Shown here: piece after piece, positions 16,832-25,132 of the stretch | Numbering within the stretch: the stretch's first letter is position 1 | How the letters are laid out: each line of letters starts with the position of its first letter | Source of the DNA: Pseudomonadota bacterium | GTDB taxonomy: Bacteria; Pseudomonadota; Alphaproteobacteria; Acetobacterales; Acetobacteraceae | Assembly (NCBI GenBank): GCA_021826485.1 | Contig: JAKAZX010000001.1 | Location: forward strand, 1 to 33,293 | Direction: 5' to 3' | Length of the DNA: 33,293 nucleotides | Made by a program: the position numbers and the translations under genes | Notes under the pieces: generated by a model | What the model was told of the DNA's origin: nothing | Databases searched by the model: none | The model's input: the letters and a program-made list of their open reading frames with translations, nothing else

Positions 16832-18055
16832 CTAACCGGCGCCCCCCGCCGGTGCCGCCTCAAACCCGCCATTCGGATGGAGCGAGTTCGCGGCGACCAT
16901 GACCATGCCGTCGTCGGGGAATCCGTCGTGATCGGTCGGCGAGAAGTGGAACGGGCCATAGGGCAGATCGATCGTGGGGATCGATTCCAGCGCCTGCTTC
17001 ACCGCGACCGTGTCCACCGTTCCGGCCTTCCGCACGCCGGCGGCGTAAATCATCGGGATGTTGTAACCTTGCAGCATGGCGTAGATTCCGGCTGCCATGA
17101 ACGGCCCCACCTCGGACTTGTAGCGGTCGAGGAAGGTCTGCGTGGCCGGCGGCAGATTGCCCTTCGCGTCCAGCACGGAGTTGGCGTAGGCGGGGCTGTA
17201 GACATTGGCCCAGTAGGCGCGGCTGGTCAGCAGATTCGCGACCTGTTCCTGCAACACAGCGGGGATCGCGATGACCGGGACATTCCAGTTCTGCTGGCCG
17301 CGGGCGTTCAGGACGCGCGCCAGGAAGCCGGTGGAATTCGACCAAAGATGCACCACGTCGGCGCCGGCATCGCGCGCCTTGTTGATCTCATCGGTCATGT
17401 CCGGCTGCCCGATATCGGCATTCACCCGGTAGACGGGCGTGACGCCCGCCGCCTTCAGCACGTGCTCGACGCTCTGCATGGCGAGCACGCCGAATCCCGA
17501 ATTGTCGTTGATGATCGCGACCTTGCGGCGCCGCAGGCCGTCCAGCGTGTATTTCACCGAGACGGTGAACCATTGTCCCGCCTTGTTCAGGCAGCGGAAC
17601 GCATAGGGGTACTTGACCGGGTCGATGAGCTGATCGACCGACCCGCTGATGATCTGGATCTTCTTCGCGGCCGTCACCACGCCGAGCGTAGGCAGCACCT
17701 CGCCGCTGTTGGTGGGGCCACCGATCATGTCCACATCGTTGTTGAACAGCAGCTCCTTGGTGAAGCTCACGGCCTTGGTCGGCTCCGCGGCCGAATCGCG
17801 GGTGATCGCCTCGAGCATGCGGCCGAGCAGTCCGCCGCCCGCGTTGATTTCCCCCAGCGCCTTCTGGAAGCCGAAATTGATTGCCTGCGCGTTGGTGGCA
17901 AATGCGCCGGTCAGCGCGACCACGAAGCCCAGCTTGATAGGGGCGGATGCCGCGCGGGCGGATCGGATGGCCGGCATCGCGAGCGGTGCCGCGGCGGCGG
18001 CGATCAGCAGGCTGCGGCGCCCGAGGGCGGATGAGTGCAGCCGCGTGACGATCAT
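16832..18055 (-). CDS. HAAT-family periplasmic substrate-binding protein (Leu/Ile/Val-binding-protein fold, Peripla_BP_6-like) with a Tat-like signal peptide
   Basis: Signal region LGRRSLLIAAAAAPLAMPAIRSARA followed by IKLGFVVALTGAFA, typical of LivK-type SBPs. The ATG at 18055 sits about 8 nt from the SD GGAGGAG. An ATG at 18061 is the alternative. Confidence 0.85.
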   Translation of the reverse strand: MIVTRLHSSALGRRSLLIAAAAAPLAMPAIRSARAASAPIKLGFVVALTGAFATNAQAINFGFQKALGEINAGGGLLGRMLEAITRDSAAEPTKAVSFTKELLFNNDVDMIGGPTNSGEVLPTLGVVTAAKKIQIISGSVDQLIDPVKYPYAFRCLNKAGQWFTVSVKYTLDGLRRRKVAIINDNSGFGVLAMQSVEHVLKAAGVTPVYRVNADIGQPDMTDEINKARDAGADVVHLWSNSTGFLARVLNARGQQNWNVPVIAIPAVLQEQVANLLTSRAYWANVYSPAYANSVLDAKGNLPPATQTFLDRYKSEVGPFMAAGIYAMLQGYNIPMIYAAGVRKAGTVDTVAVKQALESIPTIDLPYGPFHFSPTDHDGFPDDGMVMVAANSLHPNGGFEAAPAGGAG

Positions 18056-18205
18056 GGCCATCTCCTCCGGCGAACCCGGCCGGCGTCTTGGCAGCGCCGA
18101 CTTACAGAAATCGCTTTCATTGAACTAGGCCACCGATCGCCGGTGGTCAATAGCGAATAGCCGAAAGGGTGTGCGAACCGGCTTCCGCCGGGTGTCAGCG
18201 CGTGA

Positions 18206-18219
18206 TGTAAGCGCTTATT
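18206..18219. promoter_or_regulatory. LacI/GalR-type operator-like site TGTAAGCGCTTATT (core TAAGCGCTTA is a perfect 10-bp palindrome)
   Basis: Read directly from the sequence. It matches the LacI-family operator shape TGTAAnCGnTTACA in 12 of 14 positions. It lies in the divergent gap, 74 nt upstream of the DHDPS-like ATG and about 150 nt upstream of the Liv-type SBP start. Confidence 0.45.
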
Positions 18220-18292
18220 GACCGCCCGACGGGAAGGGTATCTAGTGGCGCGCTGTCGGAACGCGGGCATCGCCCGGGCGGGGAAGAAACGC

Positions 18293-19249
18293 ATGCAGGC
18301 GCAGTTGAACTCCGGCGTCATCGCGGCGCCGGTGACTCCGTTCAGGGCGGATGGCGCGGCGGACTGGCCGACGTTCGACCGCTACATGGCCCAGGTGGCA
18401 GCGGGCGGGGCGCGGGCGATCGCCGTCAACATGGCGGCGGGCGAAGGCGGCTCGCTGGAACCGGACGAGCAATTGGAGGCGATCCGTCGGGCGCGTGCCG
18501 CGGCGGGCGGCGCCTGCCCGGTGATCTCCGGCGTGCTTTCGACCTACACGGCCGGCGCGCGCAACGTCGCCCGGCGCGCGGTCGATGCCGGGGCGCAAGG
18601 CATCGTGATCTTTCCCGCGCTGCCGACATTTATCTCCAAGCCCGTCCCGGTGTCGATGATCGCCGACTATCATGCCGCCATCGCCGAGGTGGTGGACGTG
18701 CCGGTGATCGCATTCCAGACGGCGAATGCGGCCTACCCGCCAGGCACGCTGGCCGCACTGGCCAGGATCGGGCGCCTGGTGGCGATCAAGGACGCCGCCT
18801 TCGACGTCGACCGCACCGTCGAGCTGCTGGAGGAAGCCGAGCCTACCGGCATCAGCGTGCTGACGGGCAATGACACCTTCATCCTGGAAGCGATGCTGAT
18901 GGGCTGCGCCGGCGCGCTGATCGGATTCGCCGGGACGGCGACGGCGCAGCTCGTGCGCATGCACGACCTCGCCACCGCCGGCAAGATCACCGAGGCGTAC
19001 GGCATCTGGAACCGGCTGGCGCCGCTGGCGCGCGTGTGCTGGCGTGCGCCGCTGCGCGATTACCGCGTGCGGATGAAATACGTCCTGATGCGCCAGGGCG
19101 TCATCCCGGACATGACGGCGCGCGCACCGCAGCCGCCGCTGAGCGACCGGGATCGCGCCGATCTCGACCGGGTGATCGCGAAACACGGATTGCTGAGTCC
19201 GGAGTTCCTGCCGGCACCGCCGGAATCGTGGATGCGCGCCGCGTCGTAG
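18293..19249 (+). CDS. Dihydrodipicolinate synthase / N-acetylneuraminate lyase family (class I aldolase-type) protein, divergent member
   Basis: N-terminal GVIAAPVTPF and the Schiff-base lysine context LVAIKDA. ATG at 18293 follows GGGGAAG. The upstream part of the 343-aa ORF is not family-like. Confidence 0.8.
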   Translation: MQAQLNSGVIAAPVTPFRADGAADWPTFDRYMAQVAAGGARAIAVNMAAGEGGSLEPDEQLEAIRRARAAAGGACPVISGVLSTYTAGARNVARRAVDAGAQGIVIFPALPTFISKPVPVSMIADYHAAIAEVVDVPVIAFQTANAAYPPGTLAALARIGRLVAIKDAAFDVDRTVELLEEAEPTGISVLTGNDTFILEAMLMGCAGALIGFAGTATAQLVRMHDLATAGKITEAYGIWNRLAPLARVCWRAPLRDYRVRMKYVLMRQGVIPDMTARAPQPPLSDRDRADLDRVIAKHGLLSPEFLPAPPESWMRAAS

Positions 19250-19275
19250 CGCATCGGGTGCGATCGGGGGTCGCG

Positions 19276-20307
19276 ATGCTTGCTCTCCGGAAACTGGCGC
19301 CGCAGCCGGGAGTCGCGCTGGTGGATGTCGCGCCGCCACCACCACCCGGCGCGGGTGAGGTGCAGCTTGCCGTCGCGGCGACGGGGATCTGCGGATCGGA
19401 TCTGCATATCGTTCACTGGTCGTCCGCCTATCATCACCTTCGCCCCTGCCTGCCGCTGACGCTGGGCCATGAATTCAGCGCCCGCATCCGCGCGGCCGGG
19501 CCGGGCACCGCGCTACAAGCGGGCCAGCGTGTCGTCGTCCGTCCCGCCGTTGCCTGCGGCGTCTGCGAGTCCTGTCGTGCCGGCGATCCGGATGGCTGCC
19601 GCAGCCGCAAGGGGATCGGCGTCATGCGCGACGGTGGCTTTGCCCCGGTGGTGAACGTTCCCGCCGTGAACTGCCATGTGCTGCCGGACATGCTTGACGA
19701 TCGCGTTGCGGCGCTGGCCGAGCCGCTGGCGATCTGTGCCAATGCGCTGGCGACGGCGGGGATGGCGCCTGGGATGCGCGTGCTGATCCTGGGGCCGGGC
19801 ACCATCGGCCAGGGGCTTGCGCTGTTGGCGCGCCGCGCCGGCGCCGCGGCGATTGCCGTTGCCGGCCATGACGACGGGCCGCGGCTGCGCCTGTTGCAGG
19901 AGCTCGGGTTCGCGCATTGCTTCGATCTGGCGGATGAAGGCGCGGCATCGCGGCTCGGCACGCTCGCCGGCGACGGCTTCGATGTGGTGTTCGAGGCGTC
20001 GGGCGCCGACGTGGCGGTGCAGCAGGGGCTGGACCTGCTTCGCAGCGCCGGGATTCTCGTCGCCGTCGGCATTCATGGCCGGCCGGCCTCCTTCGACGCC
20101 ACCCGGCTGGTGCGGCGGCGGCTTCAGATTCGCGGCACGTTCAGCGCACCGGAGCGCTTCTGGCCGGGCGTGCTGGAGGCGCTCACGGACGCACCCGACA
20201 TGTTTGGCCGGCTGATCAGCCATGTGCTGCCGCTGCGCGATGTCGCAGCGGCGATCGCGCTCGCCGAACGGCGGATCGCCTCGAAAATCCTCCTGATTCC
20301 CGCCTGA
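19276..20307 (+). CDS. Zn-dependent medium-chain dehydrogenase (threonine/sorbitol dehydrogenase-like)
   Basis: Motifs CGSDLHIV and GHEFSARI, the structural zinc Cys cluster CGVCESCRAGDPDGC, and Rossmann ILGPGTIGQGLALLA. ATG at 19276. The track ORF's 80-aa N-terminal extension overlaps the previous gene. Confidence 0.88.
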   Translation: MLALRKLAPQPGVALVDVAPPPPPGAGEVQLAVAATGICGSDLHIVHWSSAYHHLRPCLPLTLGHEFSARIRAAGPGTALQAGQRVVVRPAVACGVCESCRAGDPDGCRSRKGIGVMRDGGFAPVVNVPAVNCHVLPDMLDDRVAALAEPLAICANALATAGMAPGMRVLILGPGTIGQGLALLARRAGAAAIAVAGHDDGPRLRLLQELGFAHCFDLADEGAASRLGTLAGDGFDVVFEASGADVAVQQGLDLLRSAGILVAVGIHGRPASFDATRLVRRRLQIRGTFSAPERFWPGVLEALTDAPDMFGRLISHVLPLRDVAAAIALAERRIASKILLIPA

Positions 20308-20345
20308 TCCTTCGGGCACCCTCCGCTGCACAGGGGAGCGATTGC

Positions 20346-21437
20346 GTGCAACGCCTGAACGTCGCCATCGTTGGTTGCGGCTGGGTAGCCGGTACGCAGA
20401 TGCGCCAGGGATTCCGCGCGCTGCCGGACCTGTTCGATGTCGTCGCCTGCTGCGACATCATCCCGGAGCGCGCATCCGCATTCGCCGCCGCGCACGGCAT
20501 CGGGCGCGTGCGGACCGATCTCGCCGACATTCTCGCCATGACGGATGTCGATGTGGTCAGCATCTGCACGCCGCCGACGCAGCACCATCCGATGGCGCTC
20601 GCCGTGCTGGGCGCGGGCAGGCATGCGATCTGCGAAAAGCCGCTGACCGCCTCGCTCGCGCTGCTGGAGGAAATTCGCGCGGCGGAGGCGGCATCGCGCG
20701 GCCGGCTGATGCCGATTTTCCAGTACCGGTTCGGGCAGGGAATCTGGAATGTCCGCCAGGCGATCCGGTCCGGCGTGCTCGGCCGCGCCTATGTCGCTTC
20801 GGCCGAAACGGCGTGGAGGCGTGGGGCGGAGTACTACCAGGTGCCGTGGCGCGGCAAATTCGCGACCGAACTCGGCGGCGTGCTGCTGACCCAGTCGATC
20901 CACATCCACGACCTGCTGCTCTGGCTCATGGGGCCCGTCGCTGCGGTCAGCGCGTTCAGGACCACGCGGGTCAATCCGATCGAGGTGGAGGATTGCGCGG
21001 TCGCCAGCCTCCGGCTGGCGGACGGGTCGCTGGCGTCATTGACGGCAACGCTTGGATCGCTGCGCCCGGTGACACGCCTGCGCTGCTGCTTCGAGAATGC
21101 TGTGATCGAGCGCATTGCGTGCGATGAGGAGGCCATCCGGCCCGGGGACGAGCCGTGGACGGTGACGCCGCGCGACAAGGCGTCGGGGCGGGAGATTGCC
21201 GCCGTGATGCAGACGGCACCGAGGGTTCGGCCCGGCTTCGCCGGCCAGTTCGAAGCGTTCCACCGCGCGCTGGCGGACGACCTGCCGTTCCCGGTGACGC
21301 TCGATGACGCGCGCCGCTCGCTCGAACTGATTACCGCGATGTTCCGCGCGCAGGAGACCGGCTGCGTCGTCGAGCTGCCGATCGGGCCCGACTCACCCGG
21401 CTATCATGGCTGGCTGCCGGCACGGAACGGGCGATAG
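20346..21437 (+). CDS. Gfo/Idh/MocA family oxidoreductase
   Basis: GTG start follows GGGGAG. Rossmann LNVAIVGCGWVAG and the EKP motif in AICEKPLTAS. The 3' end overlaps the convergent DUF917 gene by 34 nt. Confidence 0.88.
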   Translation: MQRLNVAIVGCGWVAGTQMRQGFRALPDLFDVVACCDIIPERASAFAAAHGIGRVRTDLADILAMTDVDVVSICTPPTQHHPMALAVLGAGRHAICEKPLTASLALLEEIRAAEAASRGRLMPIFQYRFGQGIWNVRQAIRSGVLGRAYVASAETAWRRGAEYYQVPWRGKFATELGGVLLTQSIHIHDLLLWLMGPVAAVSAFRTTRVNPIEVEDCAVASLRLADGSLASLTATLGSLRPVTRLRCCFENAVIERIACDEEAIRPGDEPWTVTPRDKASGREIAAVMQTAPRVRPGFAGQFEAFHRALADDLPFPVTLDDARRSLELITAMFRAQETGCVVELPIGPDSPGYHGWLPARNGR

Positions 21438-22495
21438 TCCAGGTCATAGCCGAAATAGCGCGGGCCAATCAGTTCCAGGCCCGCGGGCGTGCGCCACAGC
21501 GGGGTGCTGGCGCAGGCGAGCGCCTTCAGGCGCAGCCCGTAGCGCAGCGAGTCCGCCGTCACCGGCGTGCCGCTTTCGGCGTCCAGCAGCGTGATCAGGT
21601 CGGGCGTCGTCACCAGCGGCTCGCCGTCGCGATAGGCGATCAGGAACTCGTTCTGGAACTGCAGGCGGAAGCGATGGTCCGCCCATTCCTCCACGCCCTC
21701 GAAATCCGCGGTGCCGCGGGCGAAGCCGCCGACGGTCCGCCGTTCCACGTCGCGCACGCGCCCGTGGAAGATCACGTCCGCGTCGAGGATGTCGGCGATC
21801 TCGGCCACCGGATCGCCATGCGTGGCCCGCGCCTGCCGCAGCCGGCTGCCGAGGCGCGCGCACAGGCCGAGCGTTCCGCGCACCACCGCGCGCTTCGCCG
21901 TCGCACCGTCCATCGGGTAGAAGGCGAGCAGCGCCGATCCGCCCATTTCCACCGTGGCCGCGCGCGCGAGCCGCTCGGTCCAGGCGTTGGAGATGGTGTC
22001 GAGCACGATGGAATTGCCCTTGTCGTCGCACAGCACCATCGGCGTCGCCGACACGCCATGCAGCGTGAACGTCACCATCTGCAACTCGGGATAGGCGCGA
22101 CCCATGCCGTCGCCATCCACCAGCGGCCGATCGGCGGCGGCCGCGACCACGAACGGGGTGGTGGAATTGATGCCGCCCGCCTCGCCGCACAGCACCGCGT
22201 CGATCCGGCGGCCGAGCAGCGCTTCCAGCTTGCGGAATGCGATGACCAGTTCGTCGCCCTGCGGCAGCTTCTCGGTCATCACCGTCGGCGCGCCCATCAT
22301 GCACACCGGGACGACCAGCGCATCATTGCCGAGGCTGTCGACATCGATCAGGCGGACCGGCCCGTGCTGCCGAATCGCCTGCTGCGCCATCAGCTTGCCG
22401 ATATACGGATCGCCGCCGCCGCCGGTGCCGAGGATCGCGCCGCCGATCGCGATGTCCTCAAGCTCCGCTGTGCCGATCATGCGGTCGGTGGTCAT
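21404..22495 (-). CDS. DUF917 family protein (paralogue B)
   Basis: N-terminal LGTGGGGDPY and central DGDGMGRAYPELQM, the hallmarks I associate with DUF917. The ATG at 22495 overlaps the upstream stop as ATGA. The longer 495-aa track ORF is an out-of-frame extension. Confidence 0.8.
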   Translation of the reverse strand: MTTDRMIGTAELEDIAIGGAILGTGGGGDPYIGKLMAQQAIRQHGPVRLIDVDSLGNDALVVPVCMMGAPTVMTEKLPQGDELVIAFRKLEALLGRRIDAVLCGEAGGINSTTPFVVAAAADRPLVDGDGMGRAYPELQMVTFTLHGVSATPMVLCDDKGNSIVLDTISNAWTERLARAATVEMGGSALLAFYPMDGATAKRAVVRGTLGLCARLGSRLRQARATHGDPVAEIADILDADVIFHGRVRDVERRTVGGFARGTADFEGVEEWADHRFRLQFQNEFLIAYRDGEPLVTTPDLITLLDAESGTPVTADSLRYGLRLKALACASTPLWRTPAGLELIGPRYFGYDLDYRPFRAGSQP

Positions 22496-23595
22496 GCTGC
22501 GGCTCCTTCGGCGGTAAGGGGACGGTAGACGAGGTCGGGATAGCCGAAGGCCGCGGGGCCAACGACCTTGAGCGCGGCGTGGGTTTTCAGCAGATCGTGC
22601 GCCGGCAGGCCGATCACCGCGACGCGCTGGCCGTAGCGGAGCATCTCCGTCGTGATCGGCTCCCCGGTATCGCGCTCCAGATTCATGATCAGGTCGGGCA
22701 CGATCACTGCGGGTTCGCCGTCGATCCACAGCACGAGATTCTCGTTCTGGATGGCGATCTCGGCCTGCGCGCCGGCCCAGGCATCGGCGCCGGCGATCAC
22801 CGCCTTGCCGCGCGCGAAGCCGCCAATGAGTTCGCGCCGCACATCGACGATCTTGCCGGTGAAGAACACGCGGGCATTGGCGGCGCGGCACACCTCCGCG
22901 ATCACGTCGCGCCGCCGGGCGCGCGCCTCCAGGATGGTGTGGCCGAGCGCGATCGCCTGCGTCACCGTGCCGGGCACCGCCGTCCGGCGCACGAAATCCA
23001 TCCGCATCGGGGCGATCGCGAAGCCCGCCGCGGCACCCATCTGCACCGTGGTGCCGCGGGCGAGAGTTTCCAGCCAGTACATGTCCAGCACCTGCTGGTA
23101 GACCACGACATTGCCCTTCTCGTCCGCCACCGCGGACGGCGCGGGCCTGGCGCCGTAGATCATGAAGGTGGACATCTGCACTTCAGGAAACGCGCGGCCC
23201 ATGCCGTCGCCGTCCAGCACCGGCAGGCCGGACTGCGCCGAGGTGATGACCGGCTCCATCGAATTCGCCCCGCCGATCTCGCCCGAGATCAGCGCGCCGA
23301 AGGTGACGCGGGACGCCGCCTCCACCGCGCGCAGCGCGCGCAGGCATTCGGCGCCTTCCTCGAACTTCTCGACCCCGACGACGGGGGCGCCGATGCCGCC
23401 GACGACGCCGACCGCGACATCGTCCGGCAGCGCATCCAGCGGCACGATGCGCACCTCGGCACCGGCACGCATCAGCGTGCGGGTGCGCAGCATGCCGACA
23501 TACGGATTGCCGCCGCCGCCGGTGCCCAGCAGCGCGGCGCCGATCGCGAGCGCGCGCAGGTCGCGTTCGGTGAGGATGTAGCCTTCACGCGACAT
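22492..23595 (-). CDS. DUF917 family protein (paralogue A)
   Basis: LGTGGGGNPY and DGDGMGRAFPEVQM. It aligns with paralogue B along its whole length. The ATG at 23595 (or GTG at 23604) overlaps the 3' end of the hydantoinase-like gene. Confidence 0.8.
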   Translation of the reverse strand: MSREGYILTERDLRALAIGAALLGTGGGGNPYVGMLRTRTLMRAGAEVRIVPLDALPDDVAVGVVGGIGAPVVGVEKFEEGAECLRALRAVEAASRVTFGALISGEIGGANSMEPVITSAQSGLPVLDGDGMGRAFPEVQMSTFMIYGARPAPSAVADEKGNVVVYQQVLDMYWLETLARGTTVQMGAAAGFAIAPMRMDFVRRTAVPGTVTQAIALGHTILEARARRRDVIAEVCRAANARVFFTGKIVDVRRELIGGFARGKAVIAGADAWAGAQAEIAIQNENLVLWIDGEPAVIVPDLIMNLERDTGEPITTEMLRYGQRVAVIGLPAHDLLKTHAALKVVGPAAFGYPDLVYRPLTAEGAAA

Positions 23596-25132
23596 GGAGT
23601 TCACCCACCGCCTTCACCCGCACCCGCGTCGCGTTGCCGGGCAGATAGGCCAGCGGCACGTCCTCGACATCGACGATCTCGATCGTCTCGGGCCGCGCGC
23701 CGGCGGCGATGGCGGATGCGGTGGCCTTCGCCTTGGCGTCGGCCAGTGCCGCATCGCGCGTCATCTCGGCGAGCGCATAGACGCGATCCACCTCGCCCGA
23801 CACCTGCGCGATCGCGGCGCCGACGGCATTGGCGACGGCGTAGTGCTCTGGCAGCACCACCTGCAATCCGGCGATCGGACCATCGACGAGGATCGAGCCG
23901 CCGCCGACCACGATCACCGGCAGCGGATCGGGCGACAGGCGCGACCGTTCCACGCAATCCTCCAGCATCGCGTTGATCTTGGCCTGTGCGCGCGTCAGCA
24001 GCCCGGCATCGAGATGGGCGACGCGGGACGGATCGCCGAGCACCGTGCGGCCGGCCGCCACTTCGATGTCGGTCGCGGTCAGCGTGGTGCCGCCAAAGAT
24101 CAGCGCCTCGTTGACGATCCGGTAGCCGACCGAGGTGGGGCCGACGGTGATGCCGCCGGGACCGTCCACGACGCGCGAGCCGCCGCCGAGGCCGATGGAG
24201 AACACGTCCGGCATGCGGAAATTGGTGCGCACGCCGCCGACCTCGACCGCGATCGTCGCCTGGCGGGGAAACCCCTTGTGCAGCGAGCCGACATCGGTGG
24301 TGGTGCCGCCGATATCCACCACGATGGCATCGGCGACGCCGGAGAGAAAGGCCGCGCCGCGCATCGAGTTGGTTGGGCCGGAGGCGAAGGTCAGCACCGG
24401 GAAGCGCTTGGCGAATTCGGCCTCCATCAGCGTGCCGTCGTTCTGGGTCAGGAAGAAGCGGCCGCGGATGCCGGCGCCGATGACGGCGCGGCCGAACGCA
24501 TCGACGACCTTGGCCGACAGGTCGCGCAGGCAGGCATTCATGATCGCCGCATTCTCGCGTTCCAGCAGGCCGATGCGACCGATCTCCGACGACAGGGTGA
24601 TGTGCGCGTCGGGCAGTTCGCGCGCGAAGATCGCCGCGGCCCGCTGCTCGCAATCGGCCGAGACGGGAGAGAACACGGCGGTGATGGCGATGGTGTCGAT
24701 GCCCTTGGCGCGGATGTCGGCGGCGATGCCGACCAGTTCGGCTTCGTCGAGCGGGGCGATCACGCGGCCGTCGAACTCGTTGCCGCCATGTGCGAGATAG
24801 GCGTGGTTGCCGATGGCATCGCGCAGGTCCTCGGGCCAGTCCACCATCGGCGGCAGCGATGCGGTCGCGGGCAGGCCCAGCCGGACCGCCGCCGTGCGGG
24901 CAAGATCGCGGCGCTGCACCACGGCGTTGGTGAAATGCGTGGTGCCGATCATCACCACGTCCACGGCCTCCGGTGCGAGCCGCGCGGCCTCCAGGATGCC
25001 GGCCAGTGCGGCGACGACGCCGGACATCACGTCCTCGGTGGTGGCGCGCTTCACCCCGGCGAGCACGCGGGAACCGTCCATGGCCACCGCATCGGTGTTG
25101 GTGCCGCCTACGTCGATGCCGATCCTGATCAT
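23585..25132 (-). CDS. Hydantoinase/oxoprolinase A-like ASKHA-fold ATPase (HyuA-type), 515 aa
   Basis: ASKHA phosphate-1 IGIDVGGTNTD, phosphate-2 VVDIGGTTTDV, and adenosine motif VIVVGGGSIL. The ATG at 25132 overlaps the upstream ATPase stop as ATGA. Confidence 0.85.
   Translation of the reverse strand: MIRIGIDVGGTNTDAVAMDGSRVLAGVKRATTEDVMSGVVAALAGILEAARLAPEAVDVVMIGTTHFTNAVVQRRDLARTAAVRLGLPATASLPPMVDWPEDLRDAIGNHAYLAHGGNEFDGRVIAPLDEAELVGIAADIRAKGIDTIAITAVFSPVSADCEQRAAAIFARELPDAHITLSSEIGRIGLLERENAAIMNACLRDLSAKVVDAFGRAVIGAGIRGRFFLTQNDGTLMEAEFAKRFPVLTFASGPTNSMRGAAFLSGVADAIVVDIGGTTTDVGSLHKGFPRQATIAVEVGGVRTNFRMPDVFSIGLGGGSRVVDGPGGITVGPTSVGYRIVNEALIFGGTTLTATDIEVAAGRTVLGDPSRVAHLDAGLLTRAQAKINAMLEDCVERSRLSPDPLPVIVVGGGSILVDGPIAGLQVVLPEHYAVANAVGAAIAQVSGEVDRVYALAEMTRDAALADAKAKATASAIAAGARPETIEIVDVEDVPLAYLPGNATRVRVKAVGELHVA

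Noticed and set aside
18130-18146. The GC-rich inverted repeat CCACCG-ATCGC-CGGTGG in the 18062-18292 divergent gap could be an operator.
   Set aside because: Six-bp GC stems are frequent by chance in DNA this GC-rich, and I saw no second copy or matching regulator motif. I noted it but did not call it as a feature.
21404-25132. The HyuA-like gene might be part of a known 5-oxoprolinase or N-methylhydantoinase system.
   Set aside because: No HyuB-type subunit and no PxpA/PxpB/PxpC-type genes are visible in the window. The protein is also shorter than typical HyuA. I therefore kept only the family-level call rather than assigning oxoprolinase or hydantoinase function.
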